From NCBI GenBank assembly GCA_017654855.1, contig CM030338.1, forward strand, positions 496,001 through 560,000: a stretch of 64,000 nt of DNA, given 5' to 3'. Positions 1 through 11,129 of the stretch are shown piece by piece. Positions within the stretch are counted from its first letter, which is position 1. Every line of letters starts with the position of its first letter. The notes beneath the pieces were generated by a model. That model did no database searches, was not told where the DNA came from, and was given only the letters and a program-made list of their open reading frames with translations. Source of the DNA: Podospora anserina (lineage: Eukaryota). A program made the position numbers and the translations under genes.

Positions 1-736
1 TGGGTTGGATGTGGGTGGACTGGGGAGAAAGTTCCGGTGGCACTGGGCCACAAGCCTGCTCGAGTATCGAATCACAGTCGAAGCATACCGAAATACTCCT
101 GATCAGCAAGAGCACAGCGTTTGGTTGCGGGGCAGCACCCTCCCCCTCCCTTTTTGTCTCCTTTTTGTGCCCAGTCCTCGGTGGCTCTCGGGTGCGGGCG
201 GAAGCAAGGAAAGGGTGACCTTCACCTCCGGCCGAGCGAAAGCTTGGGAGTAGACTTTTGCTTCCCAACCGACCCCTTGACCGCTTCGCTTCCCACAGCA
301 CCAGACTGGGCACAAGGAACAAGGTCAAACTCCACTCCATGCCATGACTGATACTGATTCGCATTTCCACATGGGCGCCGGGGAATACAAACGCGAGGCC
401 GGCTGCAGTGTGTGTCCCAGACACCACGAGGTTCTGACAAAAAGCAGACTTGCCAATGCAGTCCCCTTTAAGTGCGACTATCGCCATCCTCTTTTCTCGT
501 CTGCTGCTCCCGTCTCTACCGTCTTCTCGGATATCCTTCACGGCCGGCCTTGTCTCACTGCTTTGGCATATGTACGGCTTTGTGTGAGAAGCAAACACTA
601 CTGTCACTACTGTTGTCCTATCCTCTGATCCCGAAGAAAGTCGTTTCGGCCTTCTCTTGGTTTCTTCTTGATACTACACTAGTCCTCTCGGATCCGAGCA
701 CCGCTACCGTGGTGCTGGGTCTCGCTACATACTGCA

Positions 737-2580
737 ATGGCTTCACAAGCAACCGTTCCAACGCCTCTCGCATCTACTTCCACAGTCATGAACACCGACT
801 CAGGCCGGTTACTTGTATCGCCACCCCAGAACTCTGAAACGGCACCCCCACGGCGGTATCAGGAGCTATTATCCCGAGTTTTGGATGGTGGGATTGCTGT
901 TGGGATTGCGGTGGTGGCTCAGTTGTTGATGGCTGGAATCCAGGGGGTGTTGAACGTCAACAGCAACAAGGTCGAATTTCCTCCATCAGTTGTAGCAATG
1001 GCGGCTATCTTTGGGCTGTTTTGTGCGTGCGGGTGTATCTTCCCAGGTGCAGAGGACTTTTACCGGAACCACCTCAAGAGACCGGTAAGACTTGTTTTCG
1101 TTGACAGTTGAGTGGAGGTATGCCACAACACGAGGCTAACAAGCGATCACAAGGCCGACCTCCTCAACCGGCACATGTCTATTGGTTTCACGATTCCATT
1201 TCTTATGATCTGCAAGGGCTCGCTCACAGATGTCTGGGTTATTGGGCCGATTATTGGTTGCTTTGGTAGGACGTCCTTCCCCATGCAAAGAGACCGGGAA
1301 GACTGACCAGCCTAGTCCTCACCGGCCTTTTCAACACAGTTTTGTCCTATGTGCTAGCTCTTCCACTTCAATGCCTCATGGTGCGGTGGGACTCTGGCAG
1401 CTGGTCTTCGTCAGACATCGAAAAGGGGTCACCAACAACTGAAAAAGAGAGACAGAACCCCAAACTTCGTTCACCAGTCAAATCAGTATGCGATTCCATG
1501 GACACAGAGGAGTTTTCTTTGGGTGTCACCCCGCCTGAATCGATGACCCCTGATTCCAAGGCCTCGCCAACTCACCCTGTATCGTTTTCAACATCAGCTA
1601 AGCTCTGGTGTCTTGCAAACCCAATGCTCCTTCTCATGTGGACCTTAACTCTCACCATTGGCCTACCTCTCCGCGTCTGCCTTGCTCTCGATACACCACT
1701 ATCCACCTTACTGCTATTCGCCCTTTGGCTTTCAACTTTAGCCATTCAATCATCGCTCAAAACCTCCCCTTACCTCCGCCCATTCGCCCGCACACTCCTC
1801 TCAGGCCTCTTCAACGCCGTCCTCTGGACCTCCCTCACAATGGCAGCCTACCTCCTCCTCGACGGCCACCTCTCCTCCCGCCCCCTCCAAGCCATGCTCA
1901 CAACCCTCGAAAGCCACAACCCTTTCTCCAGCGCGCTCCTCAACAGCTTTTCCGTCCCCCTCACAGCAGGGGACGTCGCCCTCTCCATCCTCAACGCCGG
2001 CCTCGTATCCTGGGGCCTCAAACTCTACGAATACCGCTTCCAGCTCTTGTCTCGCGCAGGACTAACAGTCTTCACCGTCTCGTCCCTCATCGCCCTAGGT
2101 AACGTCTCCTGCGGCCCCCTCCTCGCCCACACAATGGGCGTCGCCCCCCAAGGCCGCGCCCTCGCCTTCGCCGCACGGAGCGTGACCCTCGCGCTAGGCA
2201 ACCCCGTGCTGGACACCCTATCAGCAGACAAGTCCCTCAACGCAGCAATGGTGGTCATAAGCGGGATCGTCTATCAAATGTCGCTCGGGCTTGGTGTCGG
2301 CCGGTTTTTGGAAAAGCATCTTGTCAACATTGGGGGCCGCGATGATCACACCAACGATACCACCACCACCACCAAAGGGGAAAACGACCCCCGAACCGTC
2401 GCGGCAGGCGTAGCAGTGGGCATCAACGCTGCAGCAATGGGGACTGCCTATCTCTACGAGACGAAAAGCGAGGCGGCGCCGTATTCGGCCCTGTCGATGA
2501 TGGCGCTGGGGATCATGACGGTGGTATTTTCGACGATTGGGCCGCTGGTGTCGTGGGTGTTGGGGAGTGTGGGTGCCTAG
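737..2580 (+). CDS. LrgB-like multi-pass membrane protein (LrgA/LrgB-type fusion); exons 737-1084, 1154-1265, 1316-2580
   Basis: Three ORF pieces join in frame via GTAAGA..AAG and GTAGGA..TAG introns with CTAAC/CTGAC branch points. Many TM segments. LrgB motifs 'FAARSVTLALG' and 'AAGVAVGINAAAMGTAYL'. Confidence 0.8.
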
Positions 2581-3477
2581 ATTGGACAACACACAAACTT
2601 CTTTTTTGGGGGTCAACAAACAAGTTTGGACATCATTCCGGGCACTCGGGACCTTTTGGAGAGATGAAAATTATGGGAGGGAATAATACTACTACAACAC
2701 CAAAACAACCGAAAACAAAGTGGGCTAAAGTTGCTTCAAGGCTCCCGGAGAGCAACCAACAACTTACGAGACCAAAGAGGGATGTACGAAACATGTCATG
2801 AAGTGGACGTTTCATTTTTTCTAGGGGGAATCTGCGGGGCGGCGTTGGCTATATTATACCCATTGTGCAGTTTCTAGATTGGAACGGTTTCAGAGCTCCG
2901 ACTCCCGTTTTGAGGTCTTTTGCTTTTTTTTCTTTTTTTCTGTCTTTTTGATGACAGCATTGGCGACGGAGTTTATCATCATGATGAATTGTTTATGTAT
3001 TTGGTAATCGGGAAGTGATAGCAATCAAGTAAGCCAGAAAAGGAGGTTATTGTACCTGCTTCTGGTTATTGGATGATGATCTCTTTGACTTGAAAGTTGC
3101 CTGCGTGTGATCATAGTAAACTGTGGCGCATGTCTAGTTGGCGTGGCACCTAGCCAGGCTGCCGACGGCTAAAGCAGTCGATAGGATAGAAGGTAGACTT
3201 GGAACAAATTTTGTCTGGTAGACTTGGCAAAAAATCATGACACTCGCAGACCGGGGCAGGGCATTTTGCAGAGAACAATGCTGATCTATTGTCGACCCGA
3301 TGTCCTCTGTTGGCTACTGAGACTGGACCTCAGATACCCTCTCATCCTGTAATTGATGCCTTTCACCCAATTTCTTTTTCGATCCATACACGTTCCCATC
3401 TCTACTCAAGTCTATGCATCCCATCTCCGTTAGCATTCATCCAAAACAAAACAAAACAAAGGTCACCAAGATAAAAC

Positions 3478-4149
3478 TCACCTCTCAATCAAGTGCAACC
3501 CACTCGCCGTGTCAACCACCCCCGAGATCTCTCCCTTCTGCAGCGCAAAAGCAGCATCCTCAAATTCCTTCTGCATGTCCCCGCGTCCGAAATAACCCAG
3601 GTCGCCCCTCTTGCGCGCCGAGCTACAGTCTGATTCCGACAGGGCCAACTCCCCCAAGGTGATCTCCCCACTCTTGATCCTCTGCTCGTGTGCCTTGATA
3701 ATCGACATGGCTTCCTCCTTGGACCGGGTGATTTCGGCCTGTTGCGACAGCCAATGGTCAGCTTACAGTCCTCCTTCAAGACATGATCAAAAATGACAGT
3801 AAACATACCTCCTTCCAGCTGGACGCCCGGCGACTGTCCCTGTGCTTGACCAGCAAATGCGCCGCCCTGATCTTGCCGGACTGGGCGTCGCCGGTGGGAA
3901 GAGGCGCCTTGGCCGAGTGGTAGGTCGCCATGTACACCTTGAGCTTCTCGGGGTCGGTGCCGGCGGGGGGTTCCCACCTCGAGGTGCGGTCCACGGAGTT
4001 GAAGTAGTAGGGCAGGTTCTTGGAGTTGGAGTGACGGACCTCCCAGTGAGGGGGGAGGCCGGTTTCTTGCTGGTTCTGGGGCAGGATACAGGGTTAGTTA
4101 CATGATATAGTAAGCTCGAGATATTGACATTGAGACATACGCCGTTCAT
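3478..4149 (-). CDS. ssp1: Pin1/Ess1-type parvulin peptidyl-prolyl isomerase (WW + PPIase); exons 4149-4141, 4069-3809, 3738-3478
   Basis: Spliced product MNG-QETGLPPHWEVRHSNSKNLPYYFN..SRWEPP (WW domain), then 'HLLVKHRDSRR', 'SDCSSARKRGDLGYFGRGDMQKEFEDAAF' and 'TASGLHLIER'. Both introns are GTATGT..CAG. Confidence 0.95.
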
Positions 4150-4201
4150 GATGATTGATTGTTGGTCTAGGATGGACAGAAAACAACAAATGGCTACTAC
4201 T

Positions 4202-4225
4202 TTGTTGTTGTTGTTGTTGTTGTTG
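4202..4225. repeat. (TTG)n microsatellite upstream of the Pin1 start
   Basis: ttgttgttgttgttgttgttgttg read directly. Confidence 0.9.
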
Positions 4226-5350
4226 GAGAATGGACAACAAGGCTACGACGTGAAACGCTGGCTGGGTTGAACTGGTGGGACTTGGTGCCGTGGAGGGGCA
4301 ACGGGTTGTGGACCCTTTTTAAATGGTGGGATTGGAGTTGGTATGTATCTAGACAAATACCTACCGAGGTAACCAAAAGAAAAGCAGTTCCTAAAAAAAC
4401 ACAGAGAAGAAGATGACGTGCTGCAGACGGGAAGGTTGGAATAGGTTGTCGAGGGTTGCACTGAGAGGGGTCAAGTGTGCAATGGAAACCTTTGGATGGA
4501 TTGCGGAGTGCAGCGGGAGACCACCCCGCTCCTGCTTGGCGCTGTTGTCTCGTGCCGGAGTACCTCACAGGGCAAGCCCCGCCCCGGGGGGTCTTCAAGC
4601 TGGACGACTGAGAGTCTGAGACCATCCCGGCCATCCCGTCACCTGTCTTCCTCTTGTCCCAAGGTGTGCCACTCACTCTATGTACCGGGGATCACGAGGG
4701 ACCCCATCTGATGCTGATGGATGCGACGTGACGCAGGTTAACTGTACCCTACATATCCGTACTCCGTATCCATCAGGCATTCAACCAAGGCCTCAGACAG
4801 CAAGATTATCTAGTTCCAGGTAGGTTGTCAGTGCCTGAATAAGCCAAGTGGGGCGTCCTGGTTGGCTGCCGACCTCAGGCAGCCGGAAATGGGCAAGGCG
4901 CGTTTGTTCCCAACTGTTGCTCTTGGTGGCGCGCCGCCCACAATGCACTGTGCCTGCGTTTCGCGCCTTTGACCACAAGCTTTGGTTCACTCAAGATATC
5001 CATAGAAAAAGATATCCATCTTCAACTCGCTCCCCATTCCACCCCAAGACATTTCCACTCGACTTTAAATAATTTCCTGCACCAGGTAAAATTCACTTTA
5101 CTTTCTGCATCTTCTGGGGAACTCACCTGGCGACACGTGCTTGGACCATCTAGCAGCCTGTTCTCGCCTCCTCAAAACTCAAAAAGACCAACCGCAACTC
5201 TTTTACCACCAAACACAACCTTACACAACCCAACCACATCACTTCCAGGTTTCCGCTGCCCGAAAAAGTTTCAGTGCCTGCACCACCACCTGCTACCACC
5301 AGAAACTATCATAACACCACACAACACACTCCTCAGCCACGACATCAGCA

Positions 5351-6001
5351 ATGGCTTCATCACCAGCCCCTTCAGCTTCGGGCGAGCAATCGCAGCTCCA
5401 TGGCCAGAAGCCCCTCGAGCAAATCACGTTCCGTTTCTGCTCGGAATGCAGCAACATGCTCTACCCCAAGGAAGATGAGGCCGATCGCAAGCTCATGTTC
5501 ACCTGCCGCACTTGCAACTTCTCCGAAGAGGCCACCTCGTCGTGCATCTTTCGCAATGTCCTCAACAATGCCGCTGGCGAGACGGCCGGCGTGACGCAGG
5601 ACGTTGGCTCTGATCCTACGGTGGGTGATTCTTCTGTTGCTTCCCATCATGCTAGCTCGTTTGAACAACACCCGAACCCGGACCACTGCGCTTTTGTCTG
5701 CTGCCTGACATGCGGCCGCATGATTTCGTGTGAGATTTGCAAAGACCGTCTCGCCGTTCTCCCCACCGATGCCCACAATCCCGACATTCCCGTACCGCTC
5801 CAGAACTTCATGCGGCTCGATCAGGGCGACGCCGACATTTGCGCCTGGCAAGACAACCGCGAGAACCTCGCCGACTTCATGGCTCGGAGCGAGCAATATT
5901 TTGGCGACTTGATGGAGGAGGACGAAGAAGAAGCCATGGGATTCGAGCCCGAGAATAACGCCATGTCACACTACGTGCTCGCTCAAAGCGCTGCTGTGTA
6001 G
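5351..6001 (+). CDS. RPB9: Putative alternative RPB9 isoform (216 aa) reading into intron 1, with a Cys-rich and acidic C-terminus
   Basis: Exon 1 frame stays open for 126 further codons with C-ending, coding-like codon usage. Motif 'CAFVCCLTCGRMISCEICKD' and an acidic tail. Confidence 0.55.
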   Translation: MASSPAPSASGEQSQLHGQKPLEQITFRFCSECSNMLYPKEDEADRKLMFTCRTCNFSEEATSSCIFRNVLNNAAGETAGVTQDVGSDPTVGDSSVASHHASSFEQHPNPDHCAFVCCLTCGRMISCEICKDRLAVLPTDAHNPDIPVPLQNFMRLDQGDADICAWQDNRENLADFMARSEQYFGDLMEEDEEEAMGFEPENNAMSHYVLAQSAAV

Positions 6002-6482
6002 TCGCCAAACTCTTTCGATACATATTCACTTGACACGACGAGGCTATGACGACATGATTTGACGTACAAATTGTACAATATTCCTGGCAAACACGGCGTT
6101 CTTCATTTTTCTTGCAGCGGCACACGCAATCGTTACCTTTCTCTCGACGATCATATCCCGCAGCGTATACCGGTACATAGATAGACAGCGGGTTGGGAGT
6201 TCCGGTGTTGATTTGGTTAAAGCGACGAAGTGCACGGGTTTTCACGTTACCTATGTTTGAGCCAGTGGCTGACGGGGTTTCTGCTCTAGCTGCCAAGAGA
6301 ACAGCGCACTTGCCCCTCTTGCAACCATGGGGAGGCTGTCTTCTTTCAGTCTCAACAGCGAAGCGCTGAAACGGGAATGGTAAGCAGCTCCAGGCCTGTC
6401 ACCTTCTGGAGTCCAACTGTTGCTGACCCTTTCTCAGAAACTCTTTTATGTGTGCTGCTATTGCGGTAATATTTACCAATGA
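5351..6482 (+). CDS. RPB9: RNA polymerase II subunit RPB9, canonical 134-aa isoform; exons 5351-5620, 6290-6379, 6438-6482
   Basis: Exon 1 'FRFCSECSNMLYPKED..FTCRTC..QDVGSDPT'. Exon 2 'LPREQRTCPSCNHGEAVFFQSQQRSAETGM'. Exon 3 'KLFYVCCYCGNIYQ*'. Introns GTGGGT..(GCTGAC)..TAG (669 nt) and GTAAGC..CAG. Confidence 0.95.
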
Positions 6483-6867
6483 GTTTGGTCTTTCGGCGGG
6501 ACACTTGTACATCGGCGAGTAAGATACAGGAACATTTGCATGACACGGCGTTTGGCGAGATTGATATAGGAGTGGGAGAAGTTTATCACTGCTAGGGTAA
6601 ACAAAACTTGGCTTTGAGGATAGGAGGAGGCATCATCGATGGGAATTAATTTTTATTACTGGGCTGTTTATTCATGGGAATGAGGGACAAATGCGTGAAA
6701 GGAGAGGTGATTCGAGTATTTTGCCTGTATTGAAGCTGTACAAGTAGTTTACACGACGCCGTATAACGCCGTTCTGATGCCACTCCCCAGTGGAGCAATG
6801 ATATAATACACCCAAATGATCCCTCCCATGATTTGATTTTACGTTTTTTATTGGTGTTGGTCTCAGT

Positions 6868-7370
6868 TTATGCCTGCGAGGGGGCCATGCTGAGGATTCT
6901 GCTCCACTTCTTCTTGCGCAACTCCATGCCCACGACGCCGTTGATACGGGATCCGATAGGGTCGCCAGACTTGTTGATCAAAACGCAGGCGTTGTCGTCG
7001 AACTTGATGCAGCTTCCGTCTCTCCGGGTGACCTTTTGCTTCGTCCGCACGACGACGGCATGTCTGATATCACCACGCTTGACCTTGGCACCCGAGGCGG
7101 CGGCCATGCCGGCAGCTCCCGCATCTCTTTGCTTCTGCACGACCACCACGATCCGGTCGCCTGTATTGGTCAGTTGGGTGAGTTTTCTTCGGGTTTCTTG
7201 GGTAATTATCGTCGTACCGATCGAGGCGTGTCTCTTCTGGCCGATGACCATGGCGCATTCAACAATGGCGGCGCCAGAGTTGTCGATGCAGTTGAGCATG
7301 CTCTGGTGGAGAGGGTTAGCTTGATTTTATATTGGGCAAAAGAATAGAAAAGTACCTTTAGTTGAATCAT
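6868..7370 (-). CDS. MRPL38: Mitochondrial ribosomal protein uL14m; exons 7370-7356, 7302-7218, 7160-6868
   Basis: MIQLK|SMLNCIDNSGA..GDRIVVVVQK..AVVVRTK..DGSCIKFDDNACVLIN..PIGSRI, a classic L14 signature. Canonical introns. Confidence 0.93.
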
Positions 7371-8342
7371 CTTGTCGTCGGACGGCCAAACCGTACCTGA
7401 GGGGTGTCGTTGCTGATCGTGAAGCTCCCGGATGGGCAGCCAATTGCCATGCGGCGACGGGATGTCCTGGCCGTGGAAAATTGTTCGCGCCGACCCGAGG
7501 GGCACAAGGCTGTGCTTATGTAACGCTTGGACAGAGGCTGCTTTCTTTGAAACCATGCCCAATCGGGATCCTCATGCAAGCTCTTTAGCTTGTTCCAACA
7601 TACCGGCAGCTGTGGATCCAGTCAAGACGAGATCTGGCCAATGGGAAGCTCAGCGCAAAAACTCGCGACAGGGGATCAGCTTGTTGGCACGCGCTGTCCC
7701 CGCCAGATTCCGCCAGATTTGGTGGTCAACTCGCCTAGCCCCCTCAATTTCCCTGGCAACGAGAGGGCAACCAGACAGCAACCGTGATCCTGTCTTTTTT
7801 CGTTCCCCTTTTCCCCGTCCGACCTCTTCTCCTGTACCTCATGCACACTTTGCAGGTTCGGGAAGTCAGAGTATCTGTAACGCGGGTAAAGTCACTTGAA
7901 AGTGCAGCTGCAGTCATCCGGTACAGACCAGCCAGTCTTCAAGCGTCAATCTATATCTGGAATCTGTTACCTAGGTTGCTCCCGTAACTTGCCAACTTAT
8001 GACGACAACTGGCATTCGCAGCTCAATTTGCAGCCAGAGGCTGAGCCCAAGGTTTGCATCTGTCTCACCTCCCACACCTACCCATTGTCGGCCCAGCCGC
8101 TGCAGGTCGGCTCCCTTCCTTCCCACAAAGGAACCTAAAAAAGCCATTATTGGCACTTGCGCCGACCCGATCTGATCTGCCCGGGTCGCATGAAGGCAGT
8201 CAAGTCTCGCATTGAACATTGACCCCCTTCGTCCACTCCTTCTTTCATATTTCGAACATCCGACGCCCGACTTCACCTCACAACCCTCCCACCCACCTCG
8301 GTCGACCAACTCATCGATACCCGACAAACACACAACACAAAG

Positions 8343-10367
8343 ATGCCTCCCCGGTCACAAGCCCAGGGAAAGAAGAAGCTCACGCTTGCACAGCTAGCTG
8401 CTTACGACGACATTTTAACCGATGCTCTGATCGACCACACTTATTACTGGACGACCATTCCCAAAAATCGCACATCTTACCATCCTTCCCGGGGCGTCAG
8501 AGAGGAGGAAATCGCCAAGCTCATCCAGACTCACCTCATCATCAACTCCGATCTCAAGACCGCCGAAGAGAAACTGCTTGCGACCGACGGCCTAAAGCGA
8601 TTCTACAATGGTCTCAAAACATCCAAGGAAAAGGATGACTTCAAAGCCCACATGCGGCGCTACATGTCGACCTACCTGCCAGATTGCCCTTTCGAGGTCA
8701 ATGCAACCAATCGCTACACCATCGTCACGTATGAGGCCAGCATCGTAGCCCGGCGCTTCATCAGGCGCAACGAGACGATCAAATATCTGGCCGGAATCCA
8801 GGTGACAATCACCCCCGAGGAGGAGGCAGACATGGCATCACGCAAAAAGGACTTTAGTCTAGTGGTCAGCAGCAGGAGCAAGTCAACCAGCTTATTCATG
8901 GGGCCTGCTCGATTTGCCAATCACGATTGCGACGCGAATGCCCGGCTCGTTACTTGCGGCCAGGCAGGGATTGAGATCATCGCATGCAGGGACATTGGCG
9001 TGGGCGAGGAGATCACAGTCAGCTACAGCGAGAGTTACTTTGGAGAGGACAATTGCGAGTGCTTGTGCCAGACGTGCGAGGCGAGACAGGTCAATGGCTG
9101 GCAGCAAGATGAGGGTGGCACTTCGGTAAAGAGAAGCATCGAGGATGATTTGGCGGCGTCACAGGGCTACTCTTTCCGGCGGAGGTTGAGAGACGAGAGT
9201 GTGGCAGGTTCAGGCTCTCGAACTCCGTCCGTCACCCCGGATATCCGCCCCAGGGTCCTCAAGAAACGGGGAAGCCAGATGGTTCTGAGCGACAGGCAGT
9301 CAACAGCGGAATCGACGGAGGGCTCAGGCCCGGGGCGCAAACGAGGTGCGGCAGCGCTCGGAACCCCGCCCATCACTCCGGCTAAGCGCCTCAAAACTAT
9401 GCAATATGATCTGCCACCTACAACATCCGGGTCGCCAATTTCGAGAAGCAGCTCGGAATCTGAACTTTCGCGTAGTCCACTTGCATCTGAAGCCGGCAGC
9501 GCCAATCTCACCGACGTCACGACCCCCGCTTCAGACTCGGCAGATGGGCTCATTCTTTCACCTGAGCCGACGCCTATCAAGCAGGTGATCGAAATCCTAA
9601 GAAACGAGCAGCCTACAGCTGAGATAGACGTACAGCAACTGCCCGGGTCGATCTCCCCGGTGCCCCAAAAGTCGTACGGCTTCCCAACAATTCTCCCCAC
9701 CACCGAGGTGACCCCTCCGGCCGAAGAACTGAACAAGACAGAAGCGACGAAAGCGACTCCTCCAGTAGAAGAGGTGGTTCCAGTGCCACCTCTCAGTGAT
9801 GCGGCCGCTCCGACAACGCCGGTAGGAAAGGCGAAGGGTTCCAAGAAGCGCCAGGCCGCTCAGCAACGGTCACCACCACCGGCACAAAAGCGTCGTGTGC
9901 CAGGAGATTACACCCTCACACCCTTACTTCTCTCAGAGCGCGAGACTGCCTGGATCCACTGCACCAACTGCAACACTGCATTTGTTCAAAAAGACGCCTA
10001 CTTTACGAGAGCCAATTGCCCACGTTGCGAGCGCCACTCCAAGCTTTACGGCTACGTCTGGCCCAAGACCCAGTCAGCAGGCAAGAACGATAAAGAAGAA
10101 CGCATTCTGGATCACCGTGTCATCAACCGTTTCCTGGATCCGGAGGACGAGGCGAGGGCGCGGGGGAAGAAGGGCTGGCGGGCAGGCTCACAGAGAGAGT
10201 CGACGATGGACACCGAAGGGGGAAGCAACCCTCCCCAGCGGGGTAGGGCCAGAATCAGAGAGAGTTTGGTCCCGAAGGCGGAAGGGGCAACCGCTGCTGC
10301 TCTCGATGGAGTTCGGCGGAGTGGGCGGGCTCGTAGGGCGAGCGCAAAGGTTATTGGGGATGCATAA
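8343..10367 (+). CDS. set9: Histone H4K20 methyltransferase SET9 (Suv4-20 family)
   Basis: 'DDILTDALIDH', 'RKKDFSLVVSSR', 'LFMGPARFANHDCDAN', 'GEEITVSYSESYFG..CECLCQTCE', and a C-terminal Cys motif. Confidence 0.93.
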   Translation: MPPRSQAQGKKKLTLAQLAAYDDILTDALIDHTYYWTTIPKNRTSYHPSRGVREEEIAKLIQTHLIINSDLKTAEEKLLATDGLKRFYNGLKTSKEKDDFKAHMRRYMSTYLPDCPFEVNATNRYTIVTYEASIVARRFIRRNETIKYLAGIQVTITPEEEADMASRKKDFSLVVSSRSKSTSLFMGPARFANHDCDANARLVTCGQAGIEIIACRDIGVGEEITVSYSESYFGEDNCECLCQTCEARQVNGWQQDEGGTSVKRSIEDDLAASQGYSFRRRLRDESVAGSGSRTPSVTPDIRPRVLKKRGSQMVLSDRQSTAESTEGSGPGRKRGAAALGTPPITPAKRLKTMQYDLPPTTSGSPISRSSSESELSRSPLASEAGSANLTDVTTPASDSADGLILSPEPTPIKQVIEILRNEQPTAEIDVQQLPGSISPVPQKSYGFPTILPTTEVTPPAEELNKTEATKATPPVEEVVPVPPLSDAAAPTTPVGKAKGSKKRQAAQQRSPPPAQKRRVPGDYTLTPLLLSERETAWIHCTNCNTAFVQKDAYFTRANCPRCERHSKLYGYVWPKTQSAGKNDKEERILDHRVINRFLDPEDEARARGKKGWRAGSQRESTMDTEGGSNPPQRGRARIRESLVPKAEGATAAALDGVRRSGRARRASAKVIGDA

Positions 10368-11129
10368 GGATGGAAGAGGTTCATTCAAACAAGTTGATCA
10401 CGGTTGATTTTTTTGGGACTTTGTACATTAGGTGATGGGAATAGCGATTATGTTATGGTTTTCGATGGCTCGGAGGGTCTTGATAAGTTATCCACGATGG
10501 CAGTGTCGAGGGGTAATATATATATATCATTGTGGTGGATGGAATATTGGTAATTATTGCTTCGTCTTCGACGATGAAGAAAATAGCGTAGAAAAAACAT
10601 GCAAGAATATGTACACTCTGACACTCCCAAAAGATGCATTGGTGATGATCTGTTGATCAGCTCCTGATGAGCCATCGAGGTGCTTCCGGGAGGGTGGTCC
10701 AAGCTCCCATTGTACCCCTGAAGGCAGCTGTGAGCCTGCCTAGTATTTCAGACACTCGTACAGCTCCTTCCTTTGTTTGTCTCTTCGGGGCAACCGATGC
10801 AGGAGCTCCACAGAGAGAGCTTGCTTGCTTCCTTCCTCCTGTTCGCCAGCCTCTCCGTTTGCGCAAGGCTTCCGTCCTCTCTTTTTGCGACACGACCGAC
10901 GGCGCATCATCCCTCCGACAACCATCAACCCCACCCATGGAGATATTTCCCTATCAATTCAATTAATTCTCGACTTTCGTTCTTATCGCCGCAGCATCAT
11001 CATCATCGTTACTAAACCGCAACGGTTCTCCGGTCCAGCAGAACCAATCACGCCGGTCAGTTCCATCCATCATTTCCAATTGCGCCAATCAATTGCCTTG
11101 ATAGCTTCTAATATCCTCAATCCGTCACA

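Noticed and set aside
6002-6289. Intronic snoRNA in RPB9 intron 1
   Set aside because: No convincing C (RUGAUGA) and D box pair with a terminal stem seen; an Rfam/snoscan search would settle it.
7161-7217. In-frame, stop-free 57-nt intron in uL14m as an alternative isoform
   Set aside because: Short stop-free 3n introns arise readily by chance, and retention would disrupt the conserved 'IGD' motif.
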